Notes: generated by a model from the letters alone, not told the origin. Positions 1 through 11,566 are shown, numbered from the whole stretch's first letter. The stretch is DNA of 63,158 bases, filler included, from Octopus bimaculoides (GCF_001194135.2; 5 parts of 5 records of this genome joined end to end with filler, not necessarily neighbours in it); one strand, 5' to 3'. Numbers and translations are program-made.

Positions 1-49
<49 letters not shown>
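1..49. repeat. (GA)n microsatellite
   Basis: Pure GA dinucleotide run at the window start. Confidence 0.95.
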
Positions 50-52
<3 letters not shown>

Positions 53-787
53 ATTCAAAGCTGAATTCCTTTCTCGCGATTTATGTTTCACGTCATCGCG
101 ATCGTCAGACAAGAACTTCAATAATTTGATAGAGCATGTCTTTTTCTATTATTTCCATTGGTACGGATCCATTGTTCTTTTGTTTTCCAGATTAATTTGC
201 GCGTTACTTGTATTTGATTGGTTTGTAATTTCTAAGAACGCCCAAATTTTCGTCTTCCTAAATTGATTGTTTTACGTTTTTTTTTTTAATGCATATTTTT
301 ATTGCTAGCTAAATCTATGATCACGAAGCATACATCCTGTCACTCAAAGTAGGAAAGCTCTTATTTACTACTCACTGGTCATGCTTTTTTCTAGATTTAA
401 TTGTTTATATGGTAATTACTTGTTCGTCACCTTGTACAGGAAGTTATTTTATGGTTCGTTGATGAAGATTACTAGTGAACTTTCGCAGTAAATGTTGTTA
501 TAGTTCGTTGGCCACACTGCTTTTTGTTATTAGAGTTACTTGTTTTCATTTATTTCTTTAGTTCTTTATTTATTTATTGAAGATGACTTATTCATCAAAC
601 GTACAGGGGATCTTTTCATGGTTCGTTGGTCATTCATTCTATAGATTGTTTTCATGGTTAAATGGTCTTTGATAGGTTGTTTTACGGTAGATGATAATCT
701 ACTGCTTGTATTAAGAGATTTTTTGTGTTGTTGACAAATTTCTGTGTCATATAGGGGAAATTTTAAGATTTTCTTTTTATCTGCATC

Positions 788-1021
788 TTTTACTTTGTTT
801 CAGCATTTGGGCTGCGGCCATGCGGAGGCACCGCCTTGAACAGTTTTAGTCGAATAGATCGACCCCAGTACTTGTTATACGACCTGCAAGAACTCCTGTA
901 ACAAGGGATCGGCTCTGCATCGTAGCCACAACTTCTTATACGACAGTACTTCAATCGGCTCTGCATTGCAGCCACAACTTCTTGATACAGCATTTGTAAG
1001 TCTAGTACTTACTCTATCGGT
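788..1021 (-). mobile_element. 3' fragment of tRNA-derived SINE family B, interrupted by a 118-bp foreign insert (878-995)
   Basis: tactttgtttcagcatttgggctgcggccatgc...gcaccgcc...tttagtcgaatagatcgaccccagtac and tttgtaagtctagtacttactctatcggt match the reverse complement of the 3' end of the full copy at 17869-18296. Confidence 0.8.
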
Positions 1022-1865
1022 TGTAGCGTACACCTGAAGGGAAATCCCCCCTCTCTCTCTCTCTGTTATATATACATAAATACGGACGTAGTAGATAACA
1101 GCTAACCTTCGGCCGCTCTTTTGGACCCTGTTGTGTCCACTACTCTGATTGGTTGGTATTGGAACAATTTGTCTCTTGCTCTATTGCGCGCCAATATGCA
1201 ACGCAACCAATCGCAGCCTTCAGATAAGGTCACATGAGACAGTCTCTTCTAAACTTCCAGTTAGCCGACTGCACGCTATAAAACTTCAGCGACACAGCGA
1301 GTCGAGGTCTTTCGGCTCCAGACCTTTTGAGGTCTAGCCACTGACCACAGAGCACACAGCCAGTTCCAGCGATGACACAACAGCAGCCACATGGAGACTC
1401 ATCAACACTCTTCCAACAACATCAACATCGTCTCTCTATGTACACAGCGACCAGCAGCACTCACACAGGTTCTATCTCAACACTCTTTGTGAATTACTTC
1501 ATCATAGTTAACAGCAAATACGACCTGCGAGAACTCCTGTAACAAGCGACCAGCTCTGCATCGTAGCCACAACTTCTTATACGACAGTACTTCAACCAGC
1601 TCTGCATTGCAGCCACAACTTCTTGATACAGCATTTCAACTATCGTGTACCTTGACTACGAACTGGTATTTATCATCCTTGTGTCTAAACATTCTTCTAA
1701 CGTCATATTATAGACTCTTTCAATGCTCTGTACTTATCGCACACGCATACATCCATGTTTGTATATACACACTTTGTATACAGGACAGCCTGTCTATTAT
1801 TATGCATATATGTCGCACACACAGACACACATGTTAACCTATCAATAAAATCTTCTCTTAAACAT
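1022..1865 (+). mobile_element. LTR-like repeat (possible solo LTR); 3' boundary uncertain
   Basis: Starts TGTAGCGTAC, contains CCAAT-like motifs, TATAAAA near 1277 and AATAAA near 1845, plus an internal tandem subrepeat. No clean terminal CA or TSD was found. Confidence 0.3.
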
Positions 1866-1904
1866 TCTACCCGGTTGCGTCTCTCTTTTCCCTCTGGCAC
1901 TTAT

Positions 1905-2370
1905 ACTCATTTATCCTTTTTATATTTTATTGTATCGACCGTGCGATGTATTAAAGAAGCCATTCTCGTCACCTCTCCTTCGCACAGTCGCTTACACAGT
2001 CTTTTTTGCCAATTGGCTCAGTGACAGGGTTATAAACAAACAAATACCAGGACAGTTTTGTCCCCCTGCAAGTAACTCGGGCAGGTTTGGCTGTTGGCAC
2101 TTCTATGCCTGAAGAGCTTGTCTCAAACAGGCAATGCCCCTCTGTAGCAATGCTAAGCCAAAAAAATTGGAAATTGTCCATGATTCTCAACTCGAAGGTC
2201 CTCTGGAAGAGACTACTCAGACCATTCTTGTCGATGCCTAGATTCAATCCTAGGTCACTATCATTCACACCCTCAACTAGCTCCCTATAGAAATCTTGGG
2301 TTGTTTTCCTGCTAATGGTTTTGGGCAGCTGATACAATGCAGTGAGCGCCTGGCAACATTCTAGATGCCA
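1905..2370 (-). mobile_element. Decayed L1/Tx1-like LINE, C-terminal zinc-binding (zf-RVT-like) region
   Basis: The minus strand reads ...KTTQDFYRELVEGVNDSDLGLNLGIDKNGLSSLFQRTFELRIMDNFQ, then after a frameshift LA*HCYRGALPV*DKLFRHRSANSQTCPSYLQGDKTVL. This resembles the LAWxCxxxALP...CPxC..xET motif of L1/Tx1 ORF2 C-termini. Confidence 0.7.
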
Positions 2371-2377
2371 AACGCCC

Positions 2378-3105
2378 AATAATAATAATGGTTTCAAATT
2401 TTGCCACTAGCGGGAGGGGATGTGTCGATTACATTGACCCCAGTGTTCAACTGGCACTTAATTCATTGACCCCAAAAGGATGGAAGGTAATGTCGACCTT
2501 GGCAGAACTTGAACTCAAAATGTAGTGATGGGTGAAATACTGCTCAGCATTTCGTCCAGTGCGCTAACGATTCTGCCAGCTTGCCTCCTCAACAACAACA
2601 ACAACAACAATAATAATAATAATAATAATGATAATAATAATAATAATAATGATAATAATAATAATCCTTTCTGCTATAGGTACAAGACCTGGAATTTGTG
2701 GGGAGGGGAAGTGTCGATCACATCGACCCCAGTATTTGATTGGTACTTAATTTATTGATCCCGAAAAGATGAAAGGCAAAGTCAACCTTTGCAGAATTTG
2801 AACTCAGAATGTAAAGACAGACAAAATGTCGCTGAGCATTTTGCCCTGCATGCTAACGATTCTGCCAGCTCACAGCCTTGAATGATAATAATAATAATAA
2901 TAATCCTTTCTTATTTTACCATAATTCCAGCAACCAAGAGGTGAGGAAGTCAATTACATTGATTCCAGTGTTCAACTGGTATTTATTTTTATTGCTCCCT
3001 AAAAGGATGAAAGGCACAGTCAACCTTTGTGGAATTTGAACTCAGAACATAAAAATGGATGAAATGCTGCTAAGCAATTTGTTCAGCATGCTAACAATTT
3101 TGTCA
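2378..3105 (-). mobile_element. Three tandem copies of tRNA-derived SINE family D separated by (AAT)n/(AAC)n runs
   Basis: Three repeats of gtcgattacat..cccagt..aactggtacttaatt..gacccc.aaaggatgaaaggcaaagtc.acctt.gcagaatttgaactcagaa..tgctaacgattctgccagc at about 2378-2585, 2660-2880 and 2900-3105. The B box GAGTTCAAATTC lies on the minus strand. Confidence 0.9.
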
Positions 3106-3316
3106 TCTCATTGTGTGAACAACAACGATAACAATAACAATAACAGATAAAGAGGAGATATAAGATGAATGATAGACCATGAAATTTAAAGAAATATTTG
3201 CAAGGCTCAAAACATTCTGATTTGGTGCTTAAGTAGTTTCTGGAAGCTTTTATAGCATGTAATGTAGTAGCTTTCTCTACATTGCATTGTTCCATTATTA
3301 CATGGTCTATGAAAGT

Positions 3317-3580
3317 GCATGGCACAGTGGTTAGGCTGTTGTACTCATGATCGCTAGTTCGTGGGTTCAATTCCCAGACCAGGTGGAGTGTTGTTTTCTT
3401 GAGCAAAACACTTCGTTTCATGTTACTCCAAACCCCTTTTGATCAAGGGGGAGTGTTGGCCTGCTTGCCTAGCCAGCAGGGTGGCATCGTTTGATGGCTA
3501 AAACAGTGCAAAGCGCATTGTGACCAGCAATGTGTAACAACATCTGATAGTCTGGTCGGTCACATAATCACATGATTATA
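3317..3580 (+). mobile_element. tRNA-derived SINE (family M, gtgttcttgagcaagacact core)
   Basis: A box tggcacagtggttagg, B box ggttcaattccc, followed by gtgttgttttcttgagcaaaacacttcgtttcatgttactcc, which is shared with copies at 4860, 36812 and 51185. Confidence 0.8.
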
Positions 3581-3639
3581 TGGTCTAATGAAGACCAAGC
3601 CTTAGGTAAGCACCAATGCTCAAGTAGTCACTATCAAGC

Positions 3640-4263
3640 TGAGTGCCAGTTGCAAGTGAAGGCGCTGCATTGAGCCAAGCTCCACTATGAGGATCAGAGG
3701 CTGAGCAGAAACATGTCAAACAGTGTTGGTCAAGTCAGTGCAACTGTCCTGCCATCATAGTGCTGGCCTGCCTTCCACACCATGCCACCCTTAACAAGAC
3801 CATAAAGCAGGGCCTAGACACCACACGCTTCCCTTCCCAGCTCAAGCCAGTGGGGCTAGACCAAGGGGATGGTAAAAGGCCAGACAGTATGACAATTTTC
3901 CTGTTCCATGGCAGTAGATCCCTCTCCTGGTATGCCATATACTGTGACACTTTCTCCAGTGACAGCTTGGTGTTGTCAACCACCATCCCAGACTCTGCTG
4001 CTCATTAAACTGAGAAAAACAAACTGTCAAGTTATCAGTGGCTCTCCAATTGGTTTATGGTTGAGCCTGTGGCAGTTGAGACCTCCGGCATTCTTGGCCC
4101 CTGGACCATATCCCTCCTCAACAGCTATCAGGGCAGAGATTGCTGTTCATAAGTGTGAGCTCCGTATGTCAGAGTGGCTGTTCCAGAGCATCTCCCTCGT
4201 TCTCCTCCAGGGCAATGCCTTTTCCATTTTGTCTGCTGATGCCATGAGAAATGCTGAAGTATA
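3640..4263 (+). mobile_element. CRE-like non-LTR retrotransposon 3' end (restriction-like endonuclease domain), frameshifted
   Basis: Reads HHATLNKTIKQGLDTTRFPSQLKPVGLDQGDGKRPDSMTIFLFHGSRSLSWYAIYCDTF, then in another frame ...SEWLFQSISLVLLQGNAFSIL. This matches the RHxxLNxxIxRAL...LEPxGLxRxDGKRPDGxT...WDxTCxDT...FQRISxAxxRGNA pattern of CRE-clade RLE domains. Confidence 0.8.
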
Positions 4264-4440
4264 ATTGAAAAAATTGGTCTTTACATTTTTCTGTATGACT
4301 TGCTATGGTCTACTTTTCTCTCTAATTCTACACTTAACAAGTGCTACACAGTTCAATAAGATCTATTATCAGCAAATTTTATAATTAATAAATCAACTAA
4401 CTAATTGATTAATTGGCTTATCAGTCACCTTTCCTCAGAG

Positions 4441-4598
4441 CAGGGGCAGACTGAGCCGTCGGTCAATTGGGCACTGCCCAAGGGCCCAGAGCTCTGAGGG
4501 GCCCACATTCTACATGTTAACTCTACTAAAACACACATTCAAAGTGGCCCGGTAAACAGTTATGCCCAAGGGCCCTTAATACTCTCAGTCCACCCCTG
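4441..4598. mobile_element. 158-bp hAT-type MITE
   Basis: TIRs caggggcagactgag / ctcagtccacccctg (13 of 15 match); 8-bp TSD cctcagag (4433-4440) versus cttcagag (4599-4606). Confidence 0.85.
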
Positions 4599-4859
4599 CT
4601 TCAGAGCCAGTGCCATTATCAATGATGATGTGCCTTTCATGTATTTCCTCTATGCTACCATGTACTACGTGCTCTTTCACAGTTTACCAGGATTTTATGG
4701 TGATTTCTTTAATTCTGCAATTTATAATGCATAAACTCAGTGTGTGTGAATTTAGTTATTTTTGCTGTTTTTATTATACAGGTACAAGAATGGGTGTGTA
4801 TACATACATATTATACATGATGGAAGCTAATTTGTGACCAAATGAGATCACTTCCTAAA

Positions 4860-5125
4860 CCCAGTTGGGTTGTGTGTTGTGTTCTTGAGCAAGATACTTC
4901 ATTTCATGTCATTCTAGTTCATTCAGCTGTAAAACTGAGTTGCGACATTACTGGTGCCAAACTGTATTGGCCTTGCTTTTCCCTCAGATAACATCAGTGG
5001 CATAGAGATGGGAGGCTGGTATGCGTGGGTGACTACTACTGGTCTTCTATAAATAACCTTGCCCGGACTTGTGACTTGGAGGGGAATTTTTTAAGTGCAA
5101 TCATGATTGAAGGGGGTCTTTACTT
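4860..5125 (+). mobile_element. 5'-truncated SINE family M
   Basis: Contains the gtgttcttgagcaagatacttcatttc core; the body matches the reverse complement of 51185-51445. Confidence 0.75.
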
Positions 5126-5467
5126 TTACCCTTTACCCATGCAAAATGTTCTGAGAATCCAAGAAGCCCTTGTTTTGAGTGAATAATGTGTTGCACAAAA
5201 CCAGACCCACTTTCCAGTGTAATCAGCAATAAGACCAGTGGTACAAGAAGGGTTGATTCGACCAGAAACTGACAGCACATCATGTTTCTTTCATACAAGT
5301 TTAATTACTTTCTTCTAGAAGGAAGTTCTAATGAGAACTAAGGATCCTTTGCATTCATACAAACATACATATATACATACATGCACACAAAAACATGTAT
5401 GTATATGTATATTTGTGTGTATATGTGTGTATATGTATATGTGTGTATATGTATATGTGTGTATATG

Positions 5468-5505
<38 letters not shown>

Positions 5506-5522
5506 GGAAAAATATGTGACAC

Positions 5523-5615
5523 TTATTCAGTAGCCATGATAAAACTCCGAGTTTCGGATGCCAGAGTGGGAGCCCATGCCAGCATCTCTTCAGTTATCCG
5601 GCCAATTGAAAATTC
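5523..5615 (-). other. Candidate coding exon of an unidentified gene (EFSIGRITEEMLAWAPTLASETRSFIMATE*)
   Basis: Pyrimidine-rich acceptor aatttccctttgtctttaacggtgatatttcacag, then 30 open codons to TAA in unique, more GC-rich sequence. No partner exons or homology were recognised. Confidence 0.2.
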
Positions 5616-5887
5616 CTGTGAAATATCACCGTTAAAGACAAAGGGAAATTACTGTGTAGTGACAAGGTCAAAACGCGTTTAAAACTGCGTATATTATCGC
5701 ATGCACGCATATATCCATATACGCACACACCAAATACCAACTATTAAAGATGGGTTAATGAAAGTGTAGTAACACTAATTGATGGTGCCCTAGCATGGGC
5801 ATGGCTCTTAAGCAAGAGTAATGGGTAAGAGTAAAAAGTGTGTAAATATATATATATATGTTGTGTCTATAATTGCATATATGTGTG

Positions 5888-5934
<47 letters not shown>

Positions 5935-5939
5935 CTGCT

Positions 5940-6289
5940 TTTATCTTTTACTTGTATAAGTCATTAGACTGTGGCCATACTGGAACACCAGAATCGACTG
6001 TTGTAATTATTTGTTAAGCCTGGTACTTATTCTATTGGTCTCTTGTCAAACCGCTAAGTTACAAGGACATAAACAAACCATCCCCAGTTGTCAAGTGTTG
6101 ATGGGGGACAAACACATTCACACACATATACTCGTATATGACGGGCTCCTTTCAGTTTTTATCGACCAAATCCACTCACAAGTCTTTGGTCAGCCCAAGG
6201 CTATAGTAGAAAACACTTGACCAAGGTACCACGCAGTGGGACTGAACCCAGAACCATGTGGGTGGGAAGTAAGCTTCTTACCACCAGTC
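5940..6289 (-). mobile_element. Near full-length SINE family B
   Basis: Reverse complement of the 17869-18296 copy, including gggactgaacccagaaccatgtgg (B box region) and the tttactt tail. Confidence 0.9.
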
Positions 6290-6827
6290 ACGATAAACAT
6301 GTCAATATATGTTAGTCTATGAAATTGACTATTGGTTGGTGTGTGTCAACTTTAAATGGATTTTTAGTTCCTTACATGAAAGCCAATGACATGATTTTAA
6401 ATAGTTACCAAACAAGTCTATTTCTTTTTATTTTTATAGTTACTTGTTCATTTTTACCAATACTACAATAACATTTAATCGTAAGAAAGCTGTGATTATG
6501 ACCTAGTTTTATTTTCTAATTGGTGCTAATTTAGCTCATTTACTTTGATAAAATTCTTCAGAAAACCACGAATGCTATGTTATATTGTTTCCCCATCTAA
6601 ACTCATAATAGTGTCTCGTAACTACTCAGAATTTATACTTATTAGTTGTAGGTGTGTTTCACATGACTGCACCTACATAGATTCGCATAGGGGAAGGGTC
6701 ATGTTAAAAAAATACAAGTCTGTAACGTGTTGTGAAATAGTGAAAATAGTGAAAACATACAATGTAGTGAGCATTAAAAATCCAAACAGACAAGGCTTAC
6801 ACAGTGGATGGCATCTCAAAGCAATTA

Positions 6828-7130
6828 AGTTGCTGTGTGTGAGGTAAAAAGTTTGCTGCTCAACCACATGGTTCTGAGTTCAATCCCATTATGTGGTACC
6901 TTGGGCAAGTGTCTTCTAGTATAGTCTCAGGCTGACAAAAGCCTTGTGAGTGGATTTGGTAGGTGGAAACTGAAAGAAGCTTGTTTGTTATATCTATATA
7001 TACATATTGGAAATCTAGCTGTAAAAACCATGCCAAAACAGACCTTGCTGGCGCTAGTGCCATGTAAAAGCACCCAGTCCACTGTGTAAAGTGGTTGGTG
7101 TTAGGAAGGGCATCCATGGACCACTGCAAC
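6828..7130 (+). mobile_element. SINE with family B head and an alternative 3' module (gcatgtaaaagcaccc...gttaggaagggcatcc)
   Basis: The 5' part matches family B (caaccacatggttctgagttcaatccc...ccttgggcaagtgtcttct); the 3' part matches 24040-24105. Confidence 0.75.
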
Positions 7131-7191
7131 AGAAATAACGAAGCTGTGGCCAGCAAGAGGGGACTCAGCAGGCATTCTGACTGTGTTTGCA

Positions 7192-7606
7192 TGCCAGAAT
7201 TCATCCTTACATCTTTGAATAGAGCCTTAGGTTCAATTCAGATGGTTATGTGAAGCTGCTGGAGTGGGTTGCCAATTCTTGGCTGGAATGGATTGCTGTT
7301 GGAAAGCCATATGTGGTAGCAAGATTCGGCTCCTTGCCATACCCGCAGAAAGAATCAGAAGTGATTGTTGGAGAATTTCTACTTTACCAGTCCCAATTTC
7401 TGGCTTCCTTATTTTCTCAATTGTAATTCAATGGATTACTATGCATGGGGCACAGTTGAGAAAGACACCAACCACACTGCTTGCAACACTAAGGCTGACC
7501 CGGTGGCCAAGATCAAGGACGCATTTGAAGATCTTCCCAGAGACACAGTGAGGAATGCATGCAGCAGGCTGTTGTGATGAAAGCTGAAGATGGCTACTTT
7601 GAGTAA
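7192..7606 (+). mobile_element. Tc1/mariner-superfamily transposase C-terminal fragment, DD37D (maT)-like, with stops and frameshifts
   Basis: Reads LRFNSDGYVKLLE...GKPYV / QDSAPCHTRRKNQK*LLENFYFTSPNFWLPYFLNCNSMDYYAWGTVEKDTNHTACNTKADPVAKIKDAFEDLPRDTVRNACSR...AEDGYFE*. There are 36 residues between the last two Asp in this decayed copy. Confidence 0.85.
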
Positions 7607-8217
7607 ACTGTTATCTGTCAGCCATAATCTAATTAATTTATATTTTTTGGTTTTTTAAAATACTTTTATTTTTGGCTGGGATATTGTGTTATCTTTTCCT
7701 GTTATGCAAACAGTCAGATTTAGCCCAAAGTTCCTGAATTTGTACACATAAATAAAAGTTGTAAAATGTCTAATTCATACTTCCATTAGTCTAATTTCTT
7801 AGACAAAAAAATAAAAAGGAAAGAAACTTTTCATTTTTTTGTTTTTTTACAATGGTGGTATAGAAAGAAGTGAAAGGGTAGTGCCTACACCCATTTTCTG
7901 AACCTACAAGAGGAGAGGAATTCTCTTTAGAACAGAGACTTAGCTAGAATATTTTGCAGTTTAGTGGAATCTCCTAAAGGCACCCAAGGGCCAGGTAGTG
8001 ATGCTAAAGCTGAAAATAGATTGCATCTAGTATTCATACACAAACTGTTCAGTCTATCAAATGGGCTTAGAAACAATTTCCATCTAGCACATTTTATTCG
8101 TCATGCTTTGACCAGCCAGAGTCTTTGTAGAAAATATATACATATTACACTGCCCCTAGGACTAGTATTGAGTTAGATCTTCAGTTTAAATAGGATTTGG
8201 TACTAATATATCTACAG

Positions 8218-8571
8218 TAGTGTTTCTCAACCTATTTTCCTCAAGGCCCCACTATAACTTTCCAGAGAAATGAATGCCCCACTGGTGGCTGGTAAAAAAC
8301 AACTTCATTTTTAATATTTCATAATTATATACTTTCCTTAAAAAAATATTCACTCCAGGGCATTAGAATAGTGCTATACTGTAGCAAACAGTCTATATAC
8401 AATATGCTTTGCTAGAGAGATTGATTTGGCTAGGCTGAGTATAAGTGTAGTATGTTTGGTGTGGAAAAAAGATTTTCTCCAATTCTATGTCCCACTAAAA
8501 AAAAAAAAGAAAAAAATTTTGGATTCCAAGTCCCATCACAATTTTCCCAGCCCCTACGTTGGGAATAACTG
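8218..8571. mobile_element. 354-bp hAT (Charlie-like) MITE
   Basis: TIRs tagtgtttctcaac / gttgggaataactg; perfect 8-bp TSD atctacag at 8210-8217 and 8572-8579. Confidence 0.85.
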
Positions 8572-8702
8572 ATCTACAGTATCCTACCAACGCCTGATAT
8601 CTTCATGGTTATTTTACCTCACTGTACCTAGCCATTTCTAGCATCCTACATGTTGAAGTACCTAGATTCTATTGAATCCTATAATCTATCTATGCACATA
8701 CG

Positions 8703-8744
<42 letters not shown>

Positions 8745-8844
8745 NNNNNNNNNNNNNNNNNNNNNNNNNNNNNNNNNNNNNNNNNNNNTTAATTAATTAA
8801 NNNNNNNNNNNNNNNNNNNNNNNNNNNNNNNNNNNNNNNNNNNN
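8745..8844. other. Artificial 100-bp scaffold spacer: N44-TTAATTAATTAA-N44 (also at 32307-32318, 42496-42507, 51092-51103)
   Basis: The same palindromic 12-mer, which gives stops in all six frames, is centred in four N runs. Confidence 0.9.
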
Positions 8845-9545
8845 ATCTTCCTCCCCCTCCCCCTCATATTCTTCCTCCTCCCCACTCATCTTCCTCCTCC
8901 TCCCCCTCAACTTCCTCCTCCTCCCACTCATCTTCCTCCTCCTCTTCAGCACCAGTATCACAAACACTATCACCATTATCATCATCATTATTATCATTAC
9001 CACCACCGTCTTCATACTCTCATAAATTAGCATCGTCGTCGTTTTTTGCCATCGTTATCTTCATTATTGTCAGAATTTTCATCGTCCTGCTTATCATTAT
9101 TGCAAGTATTTGTATATCGGTTTGTTTATATATCTCTTATACTGGGTAACAATAAATTTTATATTTACAGACCACCCTATATAAGCGCACTTTATGTGTA
9201 TGTATACGAAAATATCTATTTCTATGTGCAATCCAATCCACGTTTATCCAAATATAATATATCCCCTTCATCTGTAACCAATTCTTTTTATTTTCCCCCC
9301 GATCCTTCACTATTCTTTATTTTCTAAATGTGTTTCTCCTCCCCATCTTGTTATCCATTATTTCAAATCATAATATTTGAATAGAAGACCAATATTGTAT
9401 CACCAATCCCATTTCAGCATCAACAACTGACAGCGCTCCAACCGCCGCCTCCAACACAAACAGCGTAGCCTTAATAATCAACAGGAACGGCACCGGATAA
9501 TTGCAATATCGCACAACGATAACAACCAGTATATATTCTTCATCG

Positions 9546-9581
<36 letters not shown>

Positions 9582-9926
9582 ACATCATTATATTTGTCAT
9601 TCTACCTATTCTCCACCAGTGTTATCGTCATCATAATTAATCTCCGTCATCATTAGCACCATGGCCATCATCATCTCCATCGTTATTCTCTCCATTCACC
9701 CTCATGTCATAATTGCACTACTACTACTACTACTACTACTATTACTACTACTACTACTACTACGAATCTTACCTTCTCATCTGTTTTCATCATCATCTCA
9801 TCTTCATCTCTGCCATCACCATCATCGTTCTCCTCCTCCTCCTCCTCCCCCATTCCCTCCTCCTCCTCTCCCATTCCCTCCTCCTCATCCTCCCCCCATT
9901 CCCTCCCTCCTCCCCTCATCCTCCTC
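8845..9926. repeat. Low-complexity CCT/CAT/CTA trinucleotide-rich tracts
   Basis: Degenerate (CCT)n at 8845-8945 and 9830-9926, (CAT)n at about 8970-9000 and 9540-9585, (CTA)n at 9715-9762. Confidence 0.85.
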
Positions 9927-10939
9927 NNNNNNNNNNNNNNNNNNNNNNNNNNNNNNNNNNNNNNNNNNNNNNNNNNNNNNNNNNNNNNNNNNNNNNNNNN
10001 NNNNNNNNNNNNNNNNNNNNNNNNNNNNNNNNNNNNNNNNNNNNNNNNNNNNNNNNNNNNNNNNNNNNNNNNNNNNNNNNNNNNNNNNNNNNNNNNNNNN
10101 NNNNNNNNNNNNNNNNNNNNNNNNNNNNNNNNNNNNNNNNNNNNNNNNNNNNNNNNNNNNNNNNNNNNNNNNNNNNNNNNNNNNNNNNNNNNNNNNNNNN
10201 NNNNNNNNNNNNNNNNNNNNNNNNNNNNNNNNNNNNNNNNNNNNNNNNNNNNNNNNNNNNNNNNNNNNNNNNNNNNNNNNNNNNNNNNNNNNNNNNNNNN
10301 NNNNNNNNNNNNNNNNNNNNNNNNNNNNNNNNNNNNNNNNNNNNNNNNNNNNNNNNNNNNNNNNNNNNNNNNNNNNNNNNNNNNNNNNNNNNNNNNNNNN
10401 NNNNNNNNNNNNNNNNNNNNNNNNNNNNNNNNNNNNNNNNNNNNNNNNNNNNNNNNNNNNNNNNNNNNNNNNNNNNNNNNNNNNNNNNNNNNNNNNNNNN
10501 NNNNNNNNNNNNNNNNNNNNNNNNNNNNNNNNNNNNNNNNNNNNNNNNNNNNNNNNNNNNNNNNNNNNNNNNNNNNNNNNNNNNNNNNNNNNNNNNNNNN
10601 NNNNNNNNNNNNNNNNNNNNNNNNNNNNNNNNNNNNNNNNNNNNNNNNNNNNNNNNNNNNNNNNNNNNNNNNNNNNNNNNNNNNNNNNNNNNNNNNNNNN
10701 NNNNNNNNNNNNNNNNNNNNNNNNNNNNNNNNNNNNNNNNNNNNNNNNNNNNNNNNNNNNNNNNNNNNNNNNNNNNNNNNNNNNNNNNTATATATATATA
10801 TATCAATACAGGAAGCAAAAATGTTGCCCCTTACCCTGTCAGTAGACTACTGAAAATTAAGGAATTATCTGAAGTCCAGAAGGCATTTTATTTTGTTTGC
10901 CTTACTGCTGAGTCTGACATGTACCGTTTTTACTCAATA

Positions 10940-11410
10940 CTGCTAGTGTGCTGGGATTGAAAGTGAAAGAAAAGCTGTATGAACGCGAGCCAGAAGAGAT
11001 GATGTTGAATGATAATTACCGGATTTTATGAGATTTTCCCATAAAGATTCAAGACGCAATTGAAGGAAAAGGCTAGATATAATCGAGGAGAGCAAAAGAA
11101 AACCAAACAGTGCAAGATGATAGGCTTTACAATACCAAATGATAATAGACAAGATAACAAAGAAATTGAAAAATAAAAAGTGAGAAACAAAAAATCGAAA
11201 TAGTTCAGGATTTAGTCAAAGAGATGAAGAGAATATGGAAGACTAAGATAGCAATTATTCTTGGGGTAATTGGTGGGCTTTGCAGAGAACCCAAACTGCT
11301 ACATACGAAACCGAAAGATATTGGAATGAAGAATCGCATTGTCGACCTGCAGAGAAAGTGCAGTTCTCTATTCTGCAAAAATAATAACATTTTTGAGATT
11401 TGAGACCTAA
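10940..11410 (+). mobile_element. Decayed R4/Dong-like non-LTR retrotransposon, RLE domain and C-terminus
   Basis: Reads LGLKVKEKLYEREPEEMMLNDNYRIL*DFPIK...RLDII...KQCKMIGFTIPNDNRQDNKEIEK...QDLVKEMKRIWKTKIAIILGVIGGL...IVDLQRK. This matches YEHxPxxVLENxxxKILWDF...RPDI...IDxAxPxD...KEKEK...YxDL...W...VIGALG...LQK of the R4 clade. Confidence 0.75.
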
Positions 11411-11447
11411 CATCCTAGCTAACTAAAGTATCACGTATTAGTTTTAT

Positions 11448-11461
11448 ATTATTATTATTAA

Positions 11462-11519
<58 letters not shown>

Positions 11520-11523
11520 GTTG

Positions 11524-11566
<43 letters not shown>
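11448..11566. repeat. (ATT)n microsatellite between two convergent R4-like 3' ends
   Basis: About 40 ATT/GTT units. Confidence 0.95.

Noticed and set aside
3735-3986. Minus-strand ORF containing SPWSSP, reminiscent of Gypsy RT
   Set aside because: It is the antisense of the CRE-like RLE frame, and no other Gypsy motifs are present.
8789-8800. Recurrent palindrome TTAATTAATTAA (four copies) as a possible regulatory or PacI-like site
   Set aside because: It is always centred in exactly 100-bp N gaps, so it is an assembly spacer.
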